A stretch of DNA of 63,889 nucleotides, the filler included, from Octopus bimaculoides (taxonomy: Eukaryota), in the NCBI RefSeq assembly GCF_001194135.2. It is 5 parts of 5 records of this genome, joined end to end, with 100 filler letters (N's around TTAATTAATTAA, not from the genome) between each part and the next. Parts side by side here need not be neighbours in the genome. Positions count along the whole stretch, not along the records: positions 43,788 to 59,448 come from NC_068991.1; positions 59,549 to 62,782 come from NC_068997.1; positions 62,883 to 63,889 come from NW_026381886.1; 2 more parts are not named here. One strand, 5' to 3'. The stretch's first letter is position 1. Every line of letters starts with the position of its first letter. Of this stretch, positions 53,813-63,889 are shown in pieces. The notes beneath the pieces are model-generated. The model was not told the DNA's origin. It made no database searches and worked only from the letters and a program-made list of their open reading frames with translations. A program made the position numbers and the translations under genes.

Positions 53813-54582
53813 GGCTCTCCTTCGCGTCCGAAGTTGCGGCCGCGTCCGGCTGCGTCCGGCTGCTGCCCCCTCGCGGGACGGTCACGGCGTGGTTGTGGAG
53901 CGGCGGCGGTGACCTGATCGATACGCCCCGCGCGAGCCCGGCGGCGGCACGCCGTCGCGTCCGAGCCAGTCGGTTGGCGAACGCAGCGCTTCTTAGTGGG
54001 ACGGGCGGCAGAAAGCCGCACGAGGCGGAGCGATAACAGGTCTGTGATGCCCTTAGATGTCCGGGGCCGCACACGTGCTATACTGGAGGTAACAGCGGGC
54101 GCATCTCCCCCGGCCCGAGAAGATCGGGAAACCTCTGAACCACGTCCCGAGNNNNNNNNNNNNNNNNNNNNNNNNNNNNNNNNNNNNNNNNNNNNNNNNN
54201 NNNNNNNNNNNNNNNNNNNNNNNNNNNNNNNNNNNNNNNNNNNNNNNNNNNNNNNNNNNNNNNNNNNNNNNNNNNNNNNNNNNNNNNNNNNNNNNNNNNN
54301 NNNNNNNNNNNNNNNNNNNNNNNNNNNNNNNNNNNNNNNNNNNNNNNNNNNNNNNNNNNNNNNNNNNNNNNNAGCGAGGGTCATCAGCCCGCGTCGATCA
54401 CGTCACTGCCTTTTGTACACACCGCCCGTCGTTACTACCGATCGAACGGTCAGGTGAGGTCTTCGGATGTGGCCGACGAGTCCGCTTACGCGCAGCGGCG
54501 TTCCACGCTGTCGTCGGCACGTTCTCTGATGGCCCGGAGAAGACGACCGAACTCGATCGCTTAGAGGAAGTAAAAGTTGTAA
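53813..54582 (+). pseudogene. 18S rRNA gene fragment (V7 expansion to near the 3' end), probably non-functional; N gap 54152-54372
   Basis: Universal 18S motifs ATAACAGGTCTGTGATGCCCTTAGATGTCCGGGGC, TTTGTACACACCGCCCGTCG and AGAGGAAGTAAAAGT. Very GC-rich island in AT-rich DNA. Stops before ACAAGGTTTCCGTAGG; no ITS1 or 5.8S. Several substitutions at normally invariant sites. Confidence 0.92.
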
Positions 54583-55382
54583 TTATGACTTGCATTTCAA
54601 TAAAACTATGGTTATTGAATAGTTAATTCCAATGTTTGTAATTCAAAAGCGTAGAAAAGAAGAATTTTCTTTGGCGGTAGACTGAATATATTTCGTATCC
54701 TACGGTATCATTTGCATTAAAGTTTTGTCGGGCATTATAATTTTACTTAACTTTCAAGATCCCAAGCAGTTAAGAAATTCTTCCCGCTTTGGACAGTAAA
54801 GTGGAAGTATCGTTTGAGCATTAGATTAAATATCTTGTGGTATTCCAATTTCTTGGATGACGAGTTCAAATGACACCATGTCAGCTTTGCCTTTCATCCT
54901 TCTGGTGTCAATAAATAAATTCCAGTTTAGGTGGACGGTATGCTGCGAATTATTTGTTCTAGTGCCTTCCATTTCGGGTTCAGTTCCTGTTGTAGTCTAC
55001 TTGTGTAGCAGAATTAATCGTCACCCGGTTTAACACTATCATCCGGTCCACTCTTTTACCATCATAAGAGCCAGATCTCCAGTTTGATGATCAGTTCGTA
55101 TTTTTCTCTCACCGATCCTGAAGATTCTGTAAAGGCTGATACCTTCCCTCATGACAAAAGCATACAATCCTGATTAAATATGGAAATATCTGATCTCATT
55201 CGTGCAAGCTAACGAAATATTTATTAATTTTACGAGCGTCCGTTCTATGGAATCCAAAAAATCCAATTTCTGATTGAAGCTAATCGCTACACTTGTTAAA
55301 GATACCTGTTGTGTTGAGTCAATGTAAGCAATTATCGAAAGCTCAGCACTGTGTTTCGATATTGAACTTTCATTACGTTCGT

Positions 55383-55779
55383 TTTACACTCACGTAGTTT
55401 TCAACAGATCAGACTTGAAGCTTTAAGGAGTTCGCTGCAGACAGTGTTAGCACAGTAAATTCATTGTTTAATAAATGGTCTGTGTGCGTGTATATATGTA
55501 TGTATGCATGTATTATGTGTGTGTATGGGTGTGTGTGTGTATGTATGCATGAGTGTGTATGTATGTGTGTATATGTGTGTATATGTGTGTATATACTATA
55601 TATATAATATTTTTATATGCATTTATATTAGATATATGTGTATATATGTATTATATTATATATGTGTGTATACATATATGTGTGTGTGTGGAGTGAAAGA
55701 GATAGATAGACAGAGAAAGGGGGAGAGAGAGGGAGAGAGAGGGAGGGAGAAAGAGAAGGAGTGTGAGTAATTCCTCGTT
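55383..55779 (+). repeat. ~400-bp direct repeat, copy 2
   Basis: Near-identical to 52976-53376. Confidence 0.95.
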
Positions 55780-56199
55780 ACCAAAGATATACTGCATAAA
55801 GTTGAAGTTTTAGCGGTGGATCTATACCAAACGGATGGTTATGGAATTCACTTTGTGAACTAAGAGTCTTCTAGGCCTTCTTCTCCAGCGTTTGCCATTG
55901 AGCGTTCCTTCTAGTAATAGTCTTTGTATGCCTTGTCTCTTACTCTATTACCAAAGCATCTTTTTTTTTAATAGTTGAGATCAATGAACTTTTTGTATTT
56001 GCCGATTGTAGTACTCCATTCGTTTTATGTTTTGTCAAGATATTCTTAATCTTCTACATCTCCACATTTCAAAAGCTATTTTGTCTCATAGAATTTTCAT
56101 CAATGTCTATGTTTCTGCACTATATAATAGTGTGGACTATACATAACATTTACACAGCACTTTTTCTTGTTGCTGTATGTATATTCTTAAACTTTTAAA

Positions 56200-57750
56200 G
56201 CTTTTGACATGTTTCAAATATTTTCCTGGAAATTTTTATTTTCCATCAAATTTCAGTTTCACATTTACCATTTTTAGATTTCATAAAGCCAAGACATGCC
56301 ACGTTTCAAATTTGTTCTGTTGATGTTAGGAGGTGTTTGATTGTAGTATTTTACCACAGTTTTCGTCTTTTTTAGTGTTTATATTTATTCTATATGAAGT
56401 ACATGACTGTATTAATCAATTATTACGTTGGTTTTGATGTTATAACTAATTTGTACTCAATGGTAATAATGCAGTATCAACTATAATTGGTTGTTGTTAA
56501 GATTAAGTTCACCAATTGCAATTCCCAACGTTTTTTCAGTTCACCTTTACGAATTATTTTCTTCGGTGTATAGTTCAAAGAAATTGGAAGATGAAACACA
56601 TCCTTGTCTCAGCCTTCTCTTTCTTTTGAAATCTGTGTTCTTACTTCTGCTGCTTGTTCCCAATACATTTTAGGTAAATGTGTAAGTCTTTTCTATTGAT
56701 TCCAATTTCAGATAAGTCTTCTTTCATTTTCTTCACCCTATCGAAAACTTTGGTGCAGACTATAATGCATTTGTAGATATGATATACATCTTTCACAGAT
56801 GGTTCTAAGGTTGAGTATTTCCTCTCTTGCTCCCATATCAAGTCTAAACCCACTTTGTAATGTATTCCTCTCTGTATTCTTTTAGTAATTCGTTGTAGAA
56901 CCTTAAAGATGAGCCTTGTTAATTTTCCTTTAAGCTTATTCTTCTATGTTCTGTGCAATGTTGGGGCTTTGGCTTTTGTCTTTTGAAAGGGGACCAAAGC
57001 TAGGTACATGTACAATATTATATATGACATTGCACAGCTTTGTTAATATGTCTATGTTGTGGCTATCTAGGGCTTTTAGATTCTCAGCTGATATTTCACC
57101 TGTCCAGTTGATTTACCATTCATCATTGATTTTCTTTTCTACTTCTTTTAGAATGGTATTTCTGGTTGTGACTTCAAATTCAGGCATTGATGGTCTGTCA
57201 TCATTATAAAGTTCTGAGATATATTTTCCCCCATCTGACTACTTTTTGTTTCTCAACAAACAAGATATTTGCAGTATTATCATTGAAGCATCGACTTCAT
57301 CTTTTTATATTTTTACTGTTGGTTATTTGTTTTAATTTATCACACGTGTGCTGTTCTTCAAAATCTTATATTTCTTCTCATTGTTCATCTTTCAGCATTC
57401 TGGGTTGATATCTCTGTTTAGTTTGTCGTATTTTTTATGAGTTTTGTTCTTCCAGTTCCAACGTTCGTCCATTTGTTATCCTTTTGTTATTGTTATGTCT
57501 TTCTAGTTTGGGAAGCATTTTTGTTGTTGCTGAAAGGATGAATTTTTAAAAAAATGCTTCATCATTTTGTGATGTTTCTATGATGCTGTTTTCATTGATA
57601 AGATTCTGTATAATATCTCTTGGTATAATTTGTCACGAGTATTTCTAAGATCAACTTTGTATTTCTGTCTGTCGTCTTACTTTTGGTGTAGGTTAAGGTT
57701 TAGTTTATGTTTCTGTTGTGTCGTTTTTATCTTGAGTTTGATTTTAAGTT
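56200..57750 (-). mobile_element. Highly decayed RTE-like LINE (RT region)
   Basis: Residual KVFDRVK and RQGCVSSPI motifs on the minus strand with many stops and frameshifts; limits approximate. Confidence 0.6.
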
Positions 57751-58242
57751 TGATGATAATTGGATTATGCTCGTAGTTTACTTTTACTGTATAAATTTGC
57801 GCTATGGCTCTCTCTCAGCAGACTGGACTGGAGAACCAAATTAGTGTCGTCTAGTTTTACCAATCTTAAATCAGCATACCGTTCCAAATGATATGGGAAA
57901 CATTCACTGAATTCATTCATTTGCTGTATATCGGTGCGTTCGCTGGCATTTTTGCTTGGATAACGTGTAAATATATTTCTATACGCACATAAAAAAACAA
58001 TACAATGTATTAGTTAATTTTCCTGTTAGCGGTGAAGGTAATATCAGGGGATGTTACAACATTTTTGATAAGTGAACTTCTGGTCCGCTCTACTAATTGA
58101 ACGCATGTAAATTTATTTAAAACATTTCTTTGAAGTCTCTGTCACCTTAAAAAAAAAATATTTAATTATACCCCGGATGAATGTTTTATACCGTAAAAGT
58201 TTGCTGAACACACAAAACACACACGCATGTACGCACGCACAT

Positions 58243-58340
<98 letters not shown>

Positions 58341-58449
58341 ATTTACGAGTGTGTAGACATACTAAAGAAAAAAGCACTCAATACATTTAGTATTATTGCT
58401 TAAAACAGTTTGATTCGGCTGTATACGATTTAAAGTTTCGTAGGGTTCA

Positions 58450-58862
58450 TGCAGGAGTGGCTTTGTGGCAAGGCGCAGGAGTGGCTGTGTGGTAAGTAGC
58501 TTGCTTACCAACCACATGCTTCCGAGTTCAGTCCACTGCGTGGAACCTTGGGCAAATATTCTCTACTATAGCCTCGGGCCGATCAAAATCACGTGAGTGG
58601 ATTTGGGAGACGGAAACTGAAAGAAACCCGGCGTATATATATGTATGTGTGTGTGTGTGTCTGTGTCTGTGTTTGTCCCGCCATCATCACTTGACAACCG
58701 ATGCTGGTGTGTTTACGTCCCTGTAGCGGTTTGGCAAAAGTGACCGATAGAATAAGTACTAGGCTTACATAGAATAAATCCTGGGGTCGATGTGTTCGAC
58801 TAAAGGCGGTGCTCCAGCATGGCCGCAGTCAAATGACTGCGACGAATAAAAGAATAAAAGAA
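58450..58862 (+). mobile_element. Full-length family B SINE
   Basis: Same architecture as 12372-12760. Confidence 0.88.
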
Positions 58863-59021
58863 TACCCAACTCNNNNNNNNNNGACTGCGACGAATAAAAG
58901 AATAAAAGAATACCCAACTCGTTCGGGCAGAAATTACTCGGTAATATGAATAATCTGTATGAAGCCTAGGAACATTGAAGGCGCATGAAGCAGAATGAAA
59001 CACATACATACATACATACAT

Positions 59022-59190
59022 ACATACGACAGGGTTGGTACTGAAACGTTCCTGGCTTTTGGTAAAATAATATACAGGAAGATCAGTTAATTATGATTTT
59101 ATTCAACACACTTATTGTAGTTTTTTGAAGCCTTGTAAAAGAACTCGGAAGGTTGGGCCTCTATCCATCTTTTCGCGTTACCCTTAAAAC
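59022..59190. mobile_element. Second mariner-type MITE family, right end interrupted by a SINE
   Basis: TACGACAGGGTTGGTACTGAAACGTTCCTGGCTTT at left and AAAACCAGGAACTTT at right are partial inverted repeats. Confidence 0.55.
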
Positions 59191-59637
59191 CAGGAACTTT
59201 ATTCTTTTATTCTTTTGCCTGTTTCAGTCATTTGACTGCTGCCATGCTGGAGTACCACCTTTTAATCGAGTAAATCGACTCCAGAACATATTCTTTGTTA
59301 GCCTAGTACTTATTCTATCGGTCTCTTTCTGCCGAACAGCTAAGTTACGGGGACGTAAACATACCAACATCATATGTCAAGAGATTTTTTTTTTGGGGGG
59401 GGGGGGAGCAAACACAGACAGACAAAGATACACACACACACACACACANNNNNNNNNNNNNNNNNNNNNNNNNNNNNNNNNNNNNNNNNNNNTTAATTAA
59501 TTAANNNNNNNNNNNNNNNNNNNNNNNNNNNNNNNNNNNNNNNNNNNNATATATACACAAATATATATATATATATATAAATATATATATACATATATAT
59601 ATATATAAATATATATATATACAAATATATATATATT

Positions 59638-59684
<47 letters not shown>

Positions 59685-59693
59685 ATATATATA

Positions 59694-60776
59694 TATGATG
59701 CATGTGTACGAACAGCCATGCTACATGGCAGTGAAACAAGGGCAGTGACTGCTGAGGACATGCATAAGCTCGCAAGAGGTGAAGCCAGTATTCTCCGATG
59801 GATGAGTAATGTCAGTGTGTAAGTATCTTGAGCGAAAAGTTGAACCTAAGAAGCGTCAGTTGTGGTGTGCGAAAGAGACGATTGCACTGGTATGGACATG
59901 TGGCGAGAATGGATGAGGATAGCTGTGTGAAAAAGTGCCACACCCTAACGATTGAGGGAACCCGTGGAAGAGGCAGGCCCAAGAAGACCTGGGATGAGGT
60001 GGTGTGGCACGACCATTGAACATTAGGCCTCACCGAGGCAATGACTTCTGAACGAGACCTTTGGAAATATGCTGTGCGTGAGAAGACCCGGCAAGCCAAG
60101 TTAGACCAAAATACAAGGCTTCTGTGAGGGATGTAGCCAGCCCACTTATGCGTAACATTCTTTCTTTGGGCACTAAACTCCGCTTGCGAAGACTTGTTGA
60201 GGCAAGTGAAATCGAAATCGAACTAAATTTGTAGACTGGCACCCATGCCAACGTCTCTTCATTGAACTCGGCTTGCAAAGACCTGTTGTGGCAAGCGAAA
60301 GCGAAATCGTGATGGCACCTGTACCAGTAAATCACTAAGAGCACCGTCCGAGCGTGATCGTTGCCAGAGCACCAGCTGTCTGGCTTCCGTGCCAGTGGCA
60401 TGTAAATAGCCCCATTTGAGCGTGACCGTTACCAACATCGCCTTCCTGGTACTTGTGCCAGTGGCACGTGAAAAGACATTCGAGCGAGTTCATTGCCAGT
60501 ACCGCTGGACTGGCCCCTGTGCAGGTGGCACGTAAAATACACGATTTCGAGCGTGGCCATTGCCAGTAGCCCCTGAGTGGCCTTCGTGCTGGTGGCACGT
60601 AAAAGCACCCACTACACTCTCGGAGTGGTTGGCGTTTGGAAGGGCATCCAGCTGTAGAAACTCTGCCAAATCGGATTGGAGCCTGGTGTAGCAATCTGTT
60701 TCACCAGTCATCAGTCAAATCGTCCAACCCATGCTAACATGGAAAGCGGACGTTAAATGATGATGATGATGATGAT
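59694..60776 (+). mobile_element. 5'-truncated RTE-clade LINE: RT C-terminus, long 3' UTR and (GAT)n tail
   Basis: [15 protein letters not shown]...RRLHWYGHVARMDEDSCVKK...GTRGRGRPKKTW with a frameshifting deletion; ends GGACGTTAAATGATGATGATGAT. Confidence 0.92.
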
Positions 60777-60846
60777 ATATATATCAATATATATACAAAT
60801 ATATATATACAAATATATATATACAAATATATATATATACAAATAT

Positions 60847-61037
60847 ATCATCATCATAATTATCATCGTTTAACGTCTGCTTTCCATGCTTGCATGGGTT
60901 GGACGATTTGACTGAGGACTGGTGAACCAGATGGCTACATCAGGCTCCAATCTGATTTGGCAGAGTTTCTACAGCTGGATGCCCTTCCTAACGCCAACCA
61001 CTCCGAGAGTGTAGTGGGTGCTTTTACGTGCCACCGG
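60847..61037 (-). mobile_element. RTE 3' UTR fragment, tail-to-tail with the preceding RTE
   Basis: CATCGTTTAACGTCTGCTTTCCATGC...GTGCCACCGGC is the reverse complement of 60588-60776. Confidence 0.9.
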
Positions 61038-61310
61038 CCCAAAGGCCAGTCAGGAGGTATATATACAAATATATATATATATATATATACAAATATATTA
61101 GTTTATGTATATATTAATATTATCTCAGTTTAAAAACACCTTGACAATATAAATATGTTAATAGTTACCTTGGGTAGCAAAATCACACAAAAAAACCAGG
61201 ATATCACACCCGTTTTATAGGTAGAGATACCAAGTTAAAGTGATGCATTTTGAGTAGACATGCATAATAACAATAAATGGAGCAAAACGCATATAAATAA
61301 AAGTTCCTTT

Positions 61311-61401
61311 AATTCCTACATATGTTTCAAAATATATGTGTACTTTACTCCAAAGAAGTAAGAGCTGCTGGAATTCCGCATATATTCATCGTCAGGGAAC
61401 C
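61311..61401 (-). ncRNA. Type I hammerhead ribozyme-like motif, apparently intact, with palindromic helix III
   Basis: Minus strand GGTTCC-CTGACGA-T-GAATATATG(40 nt)CATATATTT-T-GAAAC-ATAT-GTA-GGAATT. ACATATGT is a perfect palindrome; 6-bp stem I includes 2 G.U pairs. Confidence 0.8.
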
Positions 61402-62455
61402 AACATATAGAAGCAAGACAAATGCGAAATGATGAGGTAACTTACGAGTTATAATATTACATGGCCAAGTAATTGACCGTTAGAAGTAAGAACGCTTGTT
61501 TACATAGAATTATAAAGGGAGGGGGCTGTAAATGCTATACTAAAGGTTTAAATTAAATGATTAAAATGGGGGAGAGGAGAGCAAAATAGATCACAGTAAA
61601 GTAAACTAAAGTCGTAAGCTAAATGCTAATTCAAAAGTGGAGGAAGGGAGAGAATCAAGAGAGTTCATCAAATATAAAAAAATATTTTCTCCTTAAGGAA
61701 AAAAATAATAGCATACTAATATAAAGCGAAGACAGTAAATATAAAAAATAAATACAGCATCATAGCCAAGTAATATATTATATTATTATACGGATATTAA
61801 CGCAAGTTAATGGTAAAACAAGGTACAGGATATTTAGTTGAGAAATAATAATAATAATAATAATGATGTACACGCTTACAAGGAGAAGATCAAAATATTT
61901 AGTTGAAGTTACCAAAGGTACGAACAACAACCAATGTGGCATTACTAGGAAGAATTTACTTAACTAACTATAGAAAGGGAAAATAAAGAACAAGTGGTGA
62001 TGGAGGTAAAAATAGATATTGTTTAAGATTATATTAAAAATATTAAGATTAATAACATACTGATTTGAAGCGAAGAATGTAAACATGATAAATGAAACAT
62101 CATTACCTTGTAATATATTAATATATGGATGTTAACACAAATCAATGGAAGAACAAGGTACATATTTTGTTGAGAAATAATAACAACAAAATACATGCTT
62201 ACAAGGAGAAGATCGTGTATATTAAGACAAAGTAACTAGTGGTACAAGGCAACTCAAGTAGCATTANNNNNNNNNNNNNNNNNNNNNNNNNNNNNNNNNN
62301 NNNNNNNNNNNNNNNNNNNNNNNNNNNNNNNNNNNNNNNNNNNNNNNNNNNNNNNNNNNNNNNNNNTTCTCTTTATAAATGTCCTGAAAATTCCACACAG
62401 CCTTGGCTTTATTGTCGCGTTTTATTTAACACACACACACACACACATACATACA

Positions 62456-62782
62456 TTGAGTACAGCAATGAATTCCGGGTAGAGGTAGGGGTCTACCAAA
62501 GTTCCGTCCTCAGCCCCCTCTTATTTATCATAGTCCTCCAGGCAATCACATAGGAGTTCAAGACAGGTTGCCCCTGGGAGCTCCTCTATGCTGATGACCT
62601 TGCCCTAATTGCGGAGTCACTATCAGAACTAGAGGAGAAGTTTCAGGTGTGGAAGCAAGGTCTAGAATTGAAGGGCCTTAGAGTCAACCTAGCTAAAACC
62701 AAAATCCTAATAAGTAGGAAGGTAGATAAAACACAAACCCCTTCAGGTAGATGGCCCTGCTCAGTATGTAGAAAAGGAGTAG
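62456..62782 (+). mobile_element. RTE LINE reverse transcriptase fragment
   Basis: GVYQSSVLSPLLFIIVLQAIT*EFKTGCPWELLYADDL...NLAKTK...WPCSVCRKGV, with one in-frame stop; truncated by the spacer. Confidence 0.92.
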
Positions 62783-62882
62783 NNNNNNNNNNNNNNNNNN
62801 NNNNNNNNNNNNNNNNNNNNNNNNNNTTAATTAATTAANNNNNNNNNNNNNNNNNNNNNNNNNNNNNNNNNNNNNNNNNNNN

Positions 62883-63889
62883 CCAGGTCTTCCTGGGCAT
62901 ACCTCTTCCACGGGTTCCCTCAACTGTTAGGGCTTGGCACTTTTTCATGCAGCTATCCTCGTCCATTCTCGCCACATGTCCATACCAGTGCAATCGTCTT
63001 TCTTGCACACCACAGCTGATGCTTCTTATGTTCAGCTTTTCTCTCAAGATACTTACACTTTGTCAGGTATGCACACTGACATTACCCATCCATCGGAGCA
63101 TACTGGCTTCATTCTTTGCAAGCTTACGCATGTCCTCAGCAGTCACAGCCCATGTTTCACTGCCATGTAGCATGGCTGTTTGTACACATGCGTCATACAG
63201 TCTGCCTTTTACTCTGAGTGAGAGGCCCTTTGTCGCCAGCAGAGGTAAGAGCTCTTTGAACCTTGCCCAGGCTATTCTTATTCTAGCAGCTACATTTTCA
63301 GCGCACCCACCACCACTACTAACTTGGTCACCCAGATAGTGGAAGCTATCAACTACCTCTAGTTTTTCACCCTAGAATGAGACAGAAGTTGTTTCCTGTT
63401 AGTTTACAGTGTTTATTGCACATGAACATCTGCCACATACAAAAACTAACTTCCTAGTTAACCTTCCTTTGATATTGCTGCACCTCTTATGTGTCCATAG
63501 CTTGCACCGGGTACATCTTATAGAGTTACTACCTACTCCTTTTCTACATATTGAGCAGTGCCATCTACCTGAAGGGGTTTGTCTTTTATGTACCTTCCTA
63601 CTTATTAGAACTTTGGTTTTAGCTAGATTGACACTAAGGCCCTTCGATTCTAGTCCCTGCTTCCACACCTGAAACTTCTCCTCTAGTTCTGATAGTGACT
63701 CAGCAATTAGTGCAAGGTCATCAGCATAGAGGAGCTCCCAGGGGCAACCTGTCTTGAATTCCTCTGTGATTACCTGGAGGACTATGATAAATAGGAGGGG
63801 TCTGAGGACGGAACCTTGGTGGACCCCTAACTCTACCCAGAATTCATTACTGTACTCATTTCCAGCCCTCACCTTACTGACAGCATCTC
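62883..63889 (-). mobile_element. RTE LINE RT fragment with embedded PHD-type zinc finger; inactive (in-frame stops)
   Basis: GVHQGSVLRPLLF...LLYADDL...KTK...CSICRKGVGSNSIRCTRCKLWTHKRCS...FVCGRC, then TAA/TAG stops and ...YLGDQV...RRLHWYGHVARM in the same frame. Confidence 0.93.

Noticed and set aside
53813-54582. Functional rDNA array unit or contaminant rRNA gene
   Set aside because: Truncated at both ends, mutated at conserved sites, and contiguous with host AT-rich repeats.
58833-58920. 38-bp direct repeat flanking a 10-N gap
   Set aside because: Unmerged overlapping contig ends; assembly artefact.
62456-63889. Inverted arrangement of two RTE RT fragments as a twin-priming or foldback event
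   Set aside because: They are separated by an artificial spacer, so their adjacency is not evidence.

Overview
AT-rich, microsatellite- and retroposon-dense animal genomic DNA. It is probably an octopus (inferred from the SINE/RTE repeat landscape and a GC-rich, expanded 18S V7 region). The window is not one contiguous locus: four 100-bp spacers (44 N + TTAATTAATTAA + 44 N) split it into five pieces (1-28117, 28218-43687, 43788-59448, 59549-62782, 62883-63889). Piece 1 carries two + strand exons of the IA-2/phogrin (PTPRN/PTPRN2) orthologue. Piece 2 carries two - strand exons of a PHLDB/LL5-like coiled-coil gene. Piece 3 carries a decayed 18S rRNA fragment bracketed by a near-identical ~400-bp direct repeat. 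The rest is tRNA-derived SINEs, RTE and CR1-like LINE fragments, mariner MITEs and simple repeats. Nearly all long ORF-track entries are microsatellite or N-gap artefacts. Best hidden signals: four type I hammerhead-ribozyme-like motifs from three unrelated repeat families (probably Penelope-like/retrozyme terminal repeats), two of which form a divergent ~1-kb inverted pair around a LINE zinc-finger fragment. Also notable are a PHD finger inside RTE reverse transcriptase, the same SINE-in-SINE insertion at two loci, and a MITE enclosing TTAGGG repeats. Repeat boundaries are approximate and read by eye; no searches or folding programs were run.
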